Virus record (IMG/VR): IMGVR_UViG_3300003830_000036
Coordinates: 1 to 25,028 of that record
Direction: 5' to 3' (one strand)
DNA: 25,028 nt
Source: a virus
Taxonomy: Duplodnaviria; Caudoviricetes
Positions 7,247 through 15,927 of this stretch are shown here, one piece after another. How positions within the stretch are numbered: the stretch's first letter is position 1; each line of letters opens with the position of its first letter. Under the pieces are notes generated by a model. That model did not search any database. It saw only the letters and a list, made by a program, of their open reading frames with translations, and had not been told where the DNA came from. The position numbers were made by a program, and so were the translations under genes.

Positions 7247-9604
7247 TTAAATCATTGGCCCGTTGTCGGCGCCTGTTGGGGTTTCAATGCCTGCTTGCAT
7301 GCCTTCCAGCCCAGTTGCGCTGTCTGGCGGCGCTTGCGGCACCATGGCCGGGTCGATGCCCTGCTCTTGTTGTGCTGGGTCCGATGCCGGGATTCCGGCT
7401 TCGGGATTTACTGGCACTTGTTCCACTGGCGCGGCAATTTCCGGCTGCGGGATGTTGGGGTCTTGCCCTGCCTGGTCCTTGAAGCCTGCACCCTGTGCAA
7501 TCGTGTCGGCAATCGGGGCTACCGTGGGGTTCAGTGCCACCACTTGAGCTGCTTGGAGTGCGCTGAACATGGCTTCCACCCGCTTCAACAGGGCTTCGGT
7601 GTCCAGTTTTGCAATCTTTCCCTTGAGTTCGTCCAGTTGCAGTTGAATTTGCTCCTTCTGCATGGCCTTGGCTTCCTTGGCCTCGGCTTCGCCCTGTTGC
7701 ATGGCCTGCTGCTCTTCGGGTGTCGGTGCTTTGGTCGGGTCGCGCTGGCCGTTGAGCTTGCGAATGCGCGACACCCACTCGTCCTTGCTCTTAATTTCAG
7801 CCGAATCAACGACCAAATCCAGCACATTCATGACCACCTGGGGTGCATACGTGGCAATCTTTCCTAGCAGCTCCATCATTTGTTCCATTGCAGCCTGGGC
7901 GTAGGTTTCGCGGTAGTCGCGCTCACCAATGATGTAGTCGGCCTCGTTGCTGGCGATGTCGTTCAGCACCGAACCATCTTCCTGCGGGTCGTTCACCATC
8001 ACCCATTGCACCGGCTGGCCTTCGCCAACAACCCGGATCACCTGCTTTTCGGTCATGAACTGCTCAATGTGGCTCAATCGCAGGCGCCCGGCCAGTTGCT
8101 TCGCCAGACGCAGGTTATCGGGCAACTCGCTCACCACCAGTGAGCCTTGATCTTGCTGCAGTCCGATGGCCTTGCCTGAAATGGCGTTGGAGTCACGCCC
8201 AAGATTGGCATCCGTCACGCCCCCCGCATTGCGCAGCATTTCACGGTCAGACGCCAGCAGTTCAAGGTTTGATTGCATGTCGGCCGTAGGCTTGTCAAAG
8301 CGCACCATGTCCAGCCGCTTGACTTCAAGAGCCATGTCCGGGCGTGCCGCCTCTTGGCGTGCCACTTCTGCGTCCTTGAATGCGCCTGCTTCGTAGGTCA
8401 TGCGGTTGCTCGATGCCGCATAGATGGCCTTGGATGCCCGCTTGTTGATGTCGTCGTTGATGTCGCGCATACCACGCATGAGGCCGTAGCAAAGCCCATC
8501 CCGCCCGCGCCGGTAGCCCCAGATTGGCACCAGCAGGAAGTTTTGATGCTTGAGCGGACTCTTGCCATCCCACAAGGGCGCGGCCTCGGTGGCAATCATC
8601 ACACGCATGCGCTGGGTCACTGCGGAATACATCTTCCAGCGATCAGTTTCGAGCTGGGTATGGCCTGGGTTCTTCGGGTTAAATTCCTTGCCGCGTTGTG
8701 GGCCACTGGCAAACACCTTGATCGCCTCTGGCACGCGGTACCAGCACTCAATCAGGTTCACTGACAGTCGGCGCCCGCTGTCCTTGACCTCCGAGCCGCC
8801 AATGTAGGCCGAACGGTCACGGAACTGGCTCGATAGCCCGGTGCCGACGTTCATGTCAGTGGCGCCGGTCAGTCGCTCACCCAAGTACCAGACATCATCG
8901 CCATTGGCGGCGCCATGTTCCACATCCGAGATGCCCGCCTGCTGCACAAGGTGCTGGCGTGCGTTTGGCAGTAGCGCGATGGCATAGTCCAGATCGGTCT
9001 GCTTGCGCCGGAACTGGTAGCGGGCGTCTTTGAGGTCAAACAGGCGGCTGCGTGAGTCCCGATACACATTGCGCCAGTCCTCTGAGCCGGAATAGATGAT
9101 GTTCTCGCCCGGGTCGGTGTTGATGCCCTCTTCCAGCCAGCCCAAGCCACCCATGACGGCCTGTTTGTATGCCTTGGACTCATGCCACTGCGACAAGTTG
9201 GAGTCGCTGACAAACTTGAACACCTTGCTCTTGATTTCGGCGCTTTGTTGGTCGGCTTCTTCGCGCGGGAGGATGTGTTCTTCCATGCGCATGCGCTTCT
9301 GCACGCCACACACCCAATCAATTGTCTGGCGTGACTCATTGAATACCAGCGGTGCCTGCCCACGATCCATCAGCACCTGGGCTTCTTCTTCGCGCCACTG
9401 CAAATGGTCGTAGTAGTCGTTGTCGATGGCCATCTGAATGCGTTCTTCACCCTGCAAGTCGCGTTCATCACGCAGGGCCGTCATCAGTGTGGCATGGCGC
9501 TTGAGTGTGTTTTCGTCGCTGCGTGCCTGCGTGTCAGGATTCAATACCTGCTTGTCGGGCAGGCTGGCCACGTTCACGGGCGTGTCATTGGAAGGTCCAA
9601 ACAT
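7247..9604 (-). CDS. Portal protein (P22-like podovirus type)
   Basis: 785 aa directly downstream of the terminase region. DYYD..QW, RGQAPLVFN, YGLMRGMRD..DDINKR.SK, SNAISGKAI...Q.QG, and a C-terminal coiled coil. Confidence 0.9.
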   Translation of the reverse strand: MFGPSNDTPVNVASLPDKQVLNPDTQARSDENTLKRHATLMTALRDERDLQGEERIQMAIDNDYYDHLQWREEEAQVLMDRGQAPLVFNESRQTIDWVCGVQKRMRMEEHILPREEADQQSAEIKSKVFKFVSDSNLSQWHESKAYKQAVMGGLGWLEEGINTDPGENIIYSGSEDWRNVYRDSRSRLFDLKDARYQFRRKQTDLDYAIALLPNARQHLVQQAGISDVEHGAANGDDVWYLGERLTGATDMNVGTGLSSQFRDRSAYIGGSEVKDSGRRLSVNLIECWYRVPEAIKVFASGPQRGKEFNPKNPGHTQLETDRWKMYSAVTQRMRVMIATEAAPLWDGKSPLKHQNFLLVPIWGYRRGRDGLCYGLMRGMRDINDDINKRASKAIYAASSNRMTYEAGAFKDAEVARQEAARPDMALEVKRLDMVRFDKPTADMQSNLELLASDREMLRNAGGVTDANLGRDSNAISGKAIGLQQDQGSLVVSELPDNLRLAKQLAGRLRLSHIEQFMTEKQVIRVVGEGQPVQWVMVNDPQEDGSVLNDIASNEADYIIGERDYRETYAQAAMEQMMELLGKIATYAPQVVMNVLDLVVDSAEIKSKDEWVSRIRKLNGQRDPTKAPTPEEQQAMQQGEAEAKEAKAMQKEQIQLQLDELKGKIAKLDTEALLKRVEAMFSALQAAQVVALNPTVAPIADTIAQGAGFKDQAGQDPNIPQPEIAAPVEQVPVNPEAGIPASDPAQQEQGIDPAMVPQAPPDSATGLEGMQAGIETPTGADNGPMI

Positions 9605-10062
9605 CAGATTAGCTCCTGGTGCACCACTTGGCCATTCACTTTGGCCGTGGCTTCAATGCCATGAATGGCGCGCTTGAGGTCGAGTGCGCCAGGCTGGTCG
9701 CAGGGCATGCGGATCAGGTCCGCCAGGCCATCAACAATGATGTCCACGATGCGGAACACGGTTGACTTGTCCGGGTAGAACCCCATGCTGGTCGCTGCGT
9801 TCATGGCGGCAGTCAGTAAGTAGGGCGTGGGCTGGCCGGATGCGTCCGAATACTCATAGGCGTTGTCCTGGGGGATGGCATAGGCGCCACCATCCATCTT
9901 CGGCACGGTCGGATGCAGCACCATGCAGGCGCTTGGCTCCTTCTTGCCCACATTGAGCCACTGGTAAGACACCACGATGTCGCCCTTGACACGCTGCTCC
10001 CATGACCGATCACCGCCACATTCAACCCAGTTCTGGCCGGTTGCGCCAAGAATTGAACTCAT
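9604..10062 (-). CDS. Hypothetical phage protein
   Basis: 152 aa, coupled to its neighbours by overlapping start/stop codons. Confidence 0.75.
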   Translation of the reverse strand: MSSILGATGQNWVECGGDRSWEQRVKGDIVVSYQWLNVGKKEPSACMVLHPTVPKMDGGAYAIPQDNAYEYSDASGQPTPYLLTAAMNAATSMGFYPDKSTVFRIVDIIVDGLADLIRMPCDQPGALDLKRAIHGIEATAKVNGQVVHQELI

Positions 10063-10259
10063 GCCTTACCCCTTGCGGATGCACGATGGCGCTTGATGTT
10101 GCGGGCCTTGCGTGCGAAACGCTTGGCGTTGGCATTGCTCCAGCCTGAGCCTGCTTTGCGTGGCGTGGGCGGCATCTTCATGCCTCCTGCGCCAATAGGC
10201 ATGAATGCAATGCCAAGTGATGCGCCGACGGCTGACGCGAGACGTCCAATGATGCTCAT
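10059..10259 (-). CDS. Small basic hypothetical protein
   Basis: 66 aa, ATGA-coupled on both sides, with a hydrophobic N-terminus and an Arg/Lys-rich C-terminus. Confidence 0.65.
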   Translation of the reverse strand: MSIIGRLASAVGASLGIAFMPIGAGGMKMPPTPRKAGSGWSNANAKRFARKARNIKRHRASARGKA

Positions 10260-11926
10260 GATGTTCTCCAGTTGCGTTGTGATTTGGGCTTGCCTTCGAT
10301 CAGCCGCGGTGCTTCATAACCCTGCGAGAACTGTCGAAGGGCGTCAGCGGCCTCTGAGTGGCCGTCGATCTTTGATGGGGTGTGAATCTTCCAGGCGCCT
10401 CGGGCCTTGTCCCATGTCTTTTTGTAGTTGCCAAGGTGTGCAATGCCAAGCGCGCACTTTTCTTTGTCGAAGAACATCGAGCCGAACTTATCGCGCGTCT
10501 TCTGGATGCCGTGGATCACCTCGTCCACCACAGGCACGATGGTCCAGTCGCCCCCGATGCCCAGCTCGCGCAATTCATCCTCTGGTGATGCCACCTTGTG
10601 CCCCTGCTGGCGTTTGTGCGCTGCGTCGTGGGGTAGGTAGTGCGTGCCCCAAACGTAGCCCATGGCCTGCATCTGGCGAATGAAGTAGCTGTACGACTCG
10701 CCCCAGCCTTCAATGAAGTTGATGAAGCGGTCTTCAAAGCCGATGCGCTGGTGAAACCAGATGGCGGTGCCGTCGCTGTTGCCGATGTCCCAAAACGTGT
10801 TCACTGGCACACCAACCACATGCGGCACATGGCACAAACGGCCTTCCTTGCGCATGGCGGCCAACTGGATCGCGTAGTAAGTACCCTCAGTGGACACTTG
10901 AAACGGCTCAGTGATGGTTGACGGGTACTCCTGCCACATCTTTTCAGGGTCGCCACCAAACTCAGCATCACGTGTCGACACATACCAATTGCGCTGCGCA
11001 CGGGTCAAAGTCGTGCCGGTCTGCCCCTCGACCATGCCGAAGTACTCCCGGTCCTTGTCGGTCATCACCACATCGGCGTCGATCTGGTAGCCGGGGTCTT
11101 GCCACCAGGCATAGAAGTGCAGCCGGAAGTCCTTTTGTGTCAACTGCGTGCCTGCCTGGGCCTGTGCAATGGCACGATTTGTCTTCTCGAAGAAGTCGCC
11201 TTCTGCGCCCTCTGCGGTTGACTCAATGATGCAGATGCCATCCAGTGGGACGGCCGGCAGTGAGCCCGTGGCCACTTCGCGCGCCTTGTCCGGGAACTTG
11301 GCGCAAATCTTGCCGTACTCACTCACATGCAGCCGGTGAATCGTGCCCGATCGCATGGACGTTGCCACGCGCACGCTTGAATTGTTATGGGCAAACAGCA
11401 ACTCGCTGGCACTGTCGCGCTTGAGCGGGAACATCTCGCGCATAAAGTCGGGCAGGCGCTCATAGGCCAGCTTCACCTTGTCCCGAAAGATCACCTCAGC
11501 GGCTTCGCGGTCCTGGGCAATGATGCCGCAGCGCTGGTCAGCATTGAACAGGGCATGATCCAGCCAAAGAATCGCCACCAGCGTCGTGAATCCCAATTGC
11601 CGGGCCTTGATGATGATGTTGCGGTGCCACAGGCGCGACATCAACCGCCGCTGCGCCTTGTTCGGGATGAATGGCACCACGGAGTTATCGTCTCCGTCTG
11701 GCGCCTTCACCATGATTTTGTAAATCGCACCCGAACACACGCGCCACACTGGATCAGCCAGGCAGGCTGCCAATTCAGCCTCCGTGCTCGGAATGAAGCC
11801 CGGATCAATCCCCGGTTTCGTGGCACTTGTTCCACTTTTCCGAATAACCACTTTGGCAGTAGGGGTGGCACTTGTTCCACTCGCTGGCATCTTCCAGCGG
11901 CGTTTTGTCGGGGCTTCAGTGGTCAT
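10256..11926 (-). CDS. terL: Terminase large subunit
   Basis: Walker A KARQLGFTT, Walker B LHVSE, coupling motif ESTAEG, nuclease motifs FWDIG and SEAADA. Start set at ATG 11926, overlapping the terS end. Confidence 0.93.
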   Translation of the reverse strand: MTTEAPTKRRWKMPASGTSATPTAKVVIRKSGTSATKPGIDPGFIPSTEAELAACLADPVWRVCSGAIYKIMVKAPDGDDNSVVPFIPNKAQRRLMSRLWHRNIIIKARQLGFTTLVAILWLDHALFNADQRCGIIAQDREAAEVIFRDKVKLAYERLPDFMREMFPLKRDSASELLFAHNNSSVRVATSMRSGTIHRLHVSEYGKICAKFPDKAREVATGSLPAVPLDGICIIESTAEGAEGDFFEKTNRAIAQAQAGTQLTQKDFRLHFYAWWQDPGYQIDADVVMTDKDREYFGMVEGQTGTTLTRAQRNWYVSTRDAEFGGDPEKMWQEYPSTITEPFQVSTEGTYYAIQLAAMRKEGRLCHVPHVVGVPVNTFWDIGNSDGTAIWFHQRIGFEDRFINFIEGWGESYSYFIRQMQAMGYVWGTHYLPHDAAHKRQQGHKVASPEDELRELGIGGDWTIVPVVDEVIHGIQKTRDKFGSMFFDKEKCALGIAHLGNYKKTWDKARGAWKIHTPSKIDGHSEAADALRQFSQGYEAPRLIEGKPKSQRNWRTS

Positions 11927-12596
11927 CGTCAGCCTCGATTTGGTCAATAACCGGCAGTGCCGAGCGCTTTAGGCCGGTGAAGAATGCAGCCAGCCCTGTC
12001 GCAGCGGCTTCTTCTGGTTTGGCGCCAATGTTGTACGCCTCACGCTCCATGGCAATGACTGACTTCATGGTTTCCACCAGCTTCTTGGCGGTGTCTACGC
12101 GGCCAGGCGTGCTGATGACCTTGCGGTAGATGTCGTTGAGCTTGTCCGTTCCTGAGTCGTCCGGGTTGCGCATGAGTTCGCCAAGCTGCGCCAGGATCAC
12201 TGTGTCGAAGGTCTGGTCTTCAAGTTCGGCCAGCAGCGTTTGGCACAGGGCATGGCTTCGGGCGATGGTCTTGCGATGGCCAATGCGAACGCTTGCAACC
12301 TTGTCTGATTCCACTTCAACGGTTAGTTTTTCGGTAATCCGGGTTCCACTGGAAACCATTGTGGAAACCAGCGCACTGGAAACCTTGGCATCTGCCATGG
12401 CTTTGACCCTGACAGACAGGTCGCGGCTCCATGCGTCGGCCTTGGCGCGCTTGTTGATGGCGGTGTGTGAGATGCCGTGCTCACTGGCAATCTCTCGGGT
12501 AGACATTGACCCTGCCCGGTATTGAATCTCTATGCGCTCCCAGTCCACCACGCGCACCAGTGGCGTTGCGGATGGGTTGGTGAGGCTTGATTTCAT
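11916..12596 (-). CDS. terS: Terminase small subunit
   Basis: N-terminal HTH DWERIEIQYRAGSMSTREIASEHGISHTAINKRAK..W.RDL, C-terminal EREAYNI, directly upstream of terL. Start is ATG 12596 or GTG 12620. Confidence 0.85.
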   Translation of the reverse strand: MKSSLTNPSATPLVRVVDWERIEIQYRAGSMSTREIASEHGISHTAINKRAKADAWSRDLSVRVKAMADAKVSSALVSTMVSSGTRITEKLTVEVESDKVASVRIGHRKTIARSHALCQTLLAELEDQTFDTVILAQLGELMRNPDDSGTDKLNDIYRKVISTPGRVDTAKKLVETMKSVIAMEREAYNIGAKPEEAAATGLAAFFTGLKRSALPVIDQIEADDDH

Positions 12597-12667
12597 TGGG
12601 GCGATTACAAACTGCGCCACTCATCCGTCAACCCAACCTCGGGGGTGAAATAAATTCTGAAAAGGTA

Positions 12668-12696
12668 TTGACTGATGCGCTGTGAGCGCTCACAAT
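12668..12696 (+). promoter_or_regulatory. Sigma70 promoter of the plus-strand island, overlapped by the palindrome TGTGAGCGCTCACA
   Basis: TTGACT (12668-73), 17-bp spacer, CACAAT (12691-96). AT-rich upstream. Perfect 14-bp palindrome at 12681-12694. Confidence 0.7.
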
Positions 12697-12729
12697 AAAG
12701 ACATCTCAACAAACCAACGAAAGCACACC

Positions 12730-13002
12730 ATGGCAACCATCAAGAACATTGCCCAACTGGACATCGGTGACATCGTTCACCAGCATGGCGGTACCTTCCG
12801 GGTGACTGCTGCCCCTCGTGAGTCAATCTGCCATCGCCCACAGGCCGCACACCTCACTGTTGCGCAGGGTCCGTCCAACTGCGCGGTTGTTGAGGCCGTC
12901 TGTACCGGTGGCGAAGTGCCGGGCTACTTCCGCGCTGGCACACCTTGGACTCTGCAGGGCACCGTAGGCGGGCTGTTTGCCGTCAATCACCAAGTCGCTT
13001 AA
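12730..13002 (+). CDS. Hypothetical protein (island gene 1)
   Basis: 90 aa from ATG 12730, leader GAAAGCACACC, just downstream of the promoter. Confidence 0.7.
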   Translation: MATIKNIAQLDIGDIVHQHGGTFRVTAAPRESICHRPQAAHLTVAQGPSNCAVVEAVCTGGEVPGYFRAGTPWTLQGTVGGLFAVNHQVA

Positions 13003-13023
13003 CTCTCCCTCTGAAAGCACATC

Positions 13024-13425
13024 ATGGAAGCCTCATTCACATCCACCATCGCCACCAATGTCCGCGAAGGCGACACCATCACATTCGATGATCCTCGTTA
13101 TGACGTGGTGATTGATCGCATTACCTACGGTGAGCACACCATTGGCCTGCATGGGAACAATGACACCTACTCCTTATTCCTTCGTCCAACCGACACCATC
13201 CGCGTGAAAACGCCGGAACCAGTGCATGCGCCAGTTGCCCGTGAACTTGTCATGACCAAATCAGCCTACGAGGCCATCCACCCCGACTACCGCAGCGTTT
13301 GGACCACCGAGCGCACCGACTGGGCTGGCTGGGACTCAATCCGCCACCAGTACATGGGCATGCGCACCCTCATGACTCAGGGCTGTTTGTGGGTTGAGGG
13401 CATGGGCCTTACCATCACGGCATGA
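13024..13425 (+). CDS. Hypothetical protein (island gene 2)
   Basis: 133 aa, leader GAAAGCACATC. Confidence 0.7.
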   Translation: MEASFTSTIATNVREGDTITFDDPRYDVVIDRITYGEHTIGLHGNNDTYSLFLRPTDTIRVKTPEPVHAPVARELVMTKSAYEAIHPDYRSVWTTERTDWAGWDSIRHQYMGMRTLMTQGCLWVEGMGLTITA

Positions 13426-13661
13426 AAAAATTCGTCATCCCAAAGCCCACAGCAGTGGAACAAGTGCCACTCTCTGGCATGACGCCCGACAAGATCAGGC
13501 AGGCCAAATCGAAGCAAGCGCTGCTTGCGTCGGGTGGCAAGCGGGTGTCCGTCAACCTGTCGACCCAGGCGGTAACGGACCTGGAGGCCATCAATGCCCG
13601 CGATGGCACTGACAGCAGCCATTCAATAGCCGCAGCTTTGCGTCACTTCGCGCACAGGTAG
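13422..13661 (+). CDS. Putative ribbon-helix-helix DNA-binding protein (island gene 3)
   Basis: 79 aa, ATGA-coupled. KRVSVNLSTQAVTDLEAI..RDG...SHSIAAAL fits the beta-alpha-alpha RHH pattern. Confidence 0.6.
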   Translation: MKKFVIPKPTAVEQVPLSGMTPDKIRQAKSKQALLASGGKRVSVNLSTQAVTDLEAINARDGTDSSHSIAAALRHFAHR

Positions 13662-14009
13662 TGCGCCCAGCCCGGCCCACACACCCATTGCCGTTCTGCG
13701 CACTGGGTGTTTTTTTGCGTTCAGCTTCACCCTGTTTCTGGCCCGGTATGACCTGGTGCGCTCCTGTTGCGTCTTTGCCCGTGGCTTGGGTGCATCCTCC
13801 TTTGTCCCAATGGCAAACACAAGGCTACTGCTGCCGCGTTTGCCGTCGGGCTGGGGCTCGTATCGCGTGATGCGCACTTTGCCAAGGCTGCGCAGGTTCT
13901 TCAGTTGAATGTAAATCGTATCTTTACCCAGTCCGAGGAATGTTGCGAGCTCTCTTTGCTTCATTGGACCAATGTCATCCAGTGCTGTAAGGATGTCAGA
14001 CATACTCAT
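13623..14009 (-). CDS. Winged-HTH domain protein, last gene of the leftward early operon
   Basis: ILTALDDIGPMKQRELATFLGLGKDTIYIQLKNLRSLGKV. Start moved to ATG 14009, next to the upstream stop. Confidence 0.7.
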   Translation of the reverse strand: MSMSDILTALDDIGPMKQRELATFLGLGKDTIYIQLKNLRSLGKVRITRYEPQPDGKRGSSSLVFAIGTKEDAPKPRAKTQQERTRSYRARNRVKLNAKKHPVRRTAMGVWAGLGALPVREVTQSCGY

Positions 14010-14010
14010 G

Positions 14011-14220
14011 TCAATGCACGCTTTCTGATGTGTTGTTTTCAATCTGCTTTGCCATGTCGCGTAATGAGCGAGCGAAGTGGCCCCGAATTTCTGGCGAGTC
14101 CACAGAGTCAAGTGCGGTGAAAACGATGTTCAGCCCAGCGCCAACAACTGCCGCCACGTCCTGTCCAGTGCACAATTTGTAAATTTCGTGCGTCAGGTTT
14201 TCTACGGTTTCTTTGCTCAT
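14011..14220 (-). CDS. Hypothetical protein
   Basis: 69 aa, ATGA-coupled, GGAG SD. Confidence 0.7.
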   Translation of the reverse strand: MSKETVENLTHEIYKLCTGQDVAAVVGAGLNIVFTALDSVDSPEIRGHFARSLRDMAKQIENNTSESVH

Positions 14221-14610
14221 GTCTCATGGCTCCCTGTCACATGCTGATGTTTCACCGGGTCCTTGATTCCGTAGCGCTGCACTGATGCGTTTTCGCGGAT
14301 AAATGCCATGATGATTCGGCCAAGCTCAGCTTCATGCTCGCGTGCCATGTCAAGCGCCGTGTCATCCCCGCCTACTTCATCTGCAACACGCTCGTTGATC
14401 ATTTCCATAATGTCGTCACCAACATCCTGACTGATGCAATCCAGCGGGTGCACGATCTTTGCGACCCAGTAGTCGCGCGATTCCCCCCTCCTCACCATCT
14501 TCATCAATTTGGCTTTGTGCCTCGCCGTGGGCATCGCTTTCTGTTTCGCAGTGGCCGTTGTACTCTTCTTCGTCGGTGCTGTAGCACCACAGATTTTCTG
14601 GATTGTTCAT
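14217..14610 (-). pseudogene. Acidic hypothetical protein interrupted by one extra base in a G run
   Basis: The span is 394 nt (3n+1). Removing one G at 14483-14488 joins MNNPENLWCYSTDEEEY...DGEEG to ESRDYWVAK...HET in one 130-aa ORF. Confidence 0.7.
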
Positions 14611-14672
14611 GATGTTTTTGCAAAGATGCACCAGCACGTTTTTCGCTTGCGCCGGTGCAAAGAATTAAAGAA

Positions 14673-15059
14673 TTAAAGAACCAATCGCCTGACAGCCCGC
14701 ACATAGGTGGCATTCGCCTTATGGCTGACGACCTGGGTGCCGGGGTACGACGAGTTCCAGTACTGGAACCAGGCGTGCGTCGCTGAGTACTCCGACGCTG
14801 ACCAGTAGTAACCCTCCGGGCTGATCTTGTCGTTGATGTTGGCGCCAATCAGGGCCATCTCGAACTGGTTTGGCAGTCTGGCGCCGTCGCCAAGACTTGC
14901 AGCCCAGGCGGTTCCGTCCTTCCAGTTCATTTCATCCTCTGGTGGCATGTCGTCCAGGAGCACGATGTGGCCGTCTGGCTCACCGTCAAAGCCACGGGCA
15001 ATGCCTGCGTAGATGCCGTTTTGTTCTGGCCAGTGCTGGCCGATTTTTGGTGTGTTCAT
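14673..15059 (-). CDS. DUF1566 (Lcl C-terminal, CLec-fold) protein
   Basis: 128 aa: GIYAGI, NWKDG..WA, LP...E...L, YWSASEYS..HAW.Q.W, C-terminal VRAVRR. Confidence 0.8.
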   Translation of the reverse strand: MNTPKIGQHWPEQNGIYAGIARGFDGEPDGHIVLLDDMPPEDEMNWKDGTAWAASLGDGARLPNQFEMALIGANINDKISPEGYYWSASEYSATHAWFQYWNSSYPGTQVVSHKANATYVRAVRRLVL

Positions 15060-15061
15060 GA

Positions 15062-15322
15062 TTAATTTCCTTTAGTTCCGCAAAATGGGCAATAGGTGAA
15101 GAAAAAATTGCCCGTGGTTTTCTTTGGCTTCGATCCGCCCTTCTTCAGTGGCACCTGAGCAAAGGTTTCATACTCCATGTATGGGCGCATAGTGGCAACC
15201 TCCACGCCGAAGCACAGGGCGTACCCTTTCAATGCCACCTTGTGGCCTGTTGCGCCTGGCGTCTCCAAAACGAAACGTTCAGTCAATTTCGCTTCAATTC
15301 GACTTCTGCAGTCACATGCCAT
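15062..15322 (-). CDS. Hypothetical protein with CxC and CPFCG zinc-ligand motifs
   Basis: 86 aa, MACDC...FTYCPFCG. Confidence 0.7.
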   Translation of the reverse strand: MACDCRSRIEAKLTERFVLETPGATGHKVALKGYALCFGVEVATMRPYMEYETFAQVPLKKGGSKPKKTTGNFFFTYCPFCGTKGN

Positions 15323-15463
15323 GATCAACCCCGCATAGGCATCAAGACGCCCCAGCCACCATCAAACTGAAACTTTGCTGATATTTCCCCATCCGGATGC
15401 AGCCACCCGTTACGGGTGAGGTGGCCTGACCGTGCATCAGCCTGCACATTCGCCCCGTATGAG

Positions 15464-15763
15464 TTACGCTTCCTCGCGTTCTGGCGCCGGATCGGGCGCA
15501 AACTTGGAAAACGGAAGGGACTGAATGTGCTGGCCGAAGTGCTTTCCGATTGACTCGGCGCCGACAAACTCGGCATGGGCTTCTGGCGTCACGTTGGGGT
15601 AGTGGTAGACAGCGCCTGCACCCCGCGTGAAGGTGACTGCCAGCGTCTGTGTGGCTGCGTCATAACCCACGGCCTTGACTTGGTTGGATTTGACTGGTGT
15701 AAGCGCGATAGGCGGGCGCGCGTCTTTGCTGTAGTCTTGCGCGATGGTGAATGCTCGGGTCAT
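15464..15763 (-). CDS. KTSC domain protein
   Basis: PVKSNQVKAVGYD..TQTLAVTF....VYHYPNV.......F..AESIGKHF is the KTSC pattern. ATG 15763 with an AAGGAG SD. Confidence 0.85.
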   Translation of the reverse strand: MTRAFTIAQDYSKDARPPIALTPVKSNQVKAVGYDAATQTLAVTFTRGAGAVYHYPNVTPEAHAEFVGAESIGKHFGQHIQSLPFSKFAPDPAPEREEA

Positions 15764-15927
15764 GATTAACTCCTTTGGGTTGATGAAAATGGTGTGGTGG
15801 CCGTAACTCTCCGACCTGTCACACGAATGTTCTTGCACTGTTGCTTGCCTGACATGGCTTTAAACCACATGCCTTTGAAGGCTAGTCCCGGCTCATGCTG
15901 GTAGATCGTGTATTACCGTTGCTAGGG

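Noticed and set aside
8916-8923. Isolated TGTTCCAC half-site in the portal gene
   Set aside because: The other half of the motif is absent, and a single 8-mer is expected by chance.
15325-15576. 83-aa minus-strand ORF
   Set aside because: It overlaps KTSC in another frame and has no SD. The free part looks like structured non-coding sequence.
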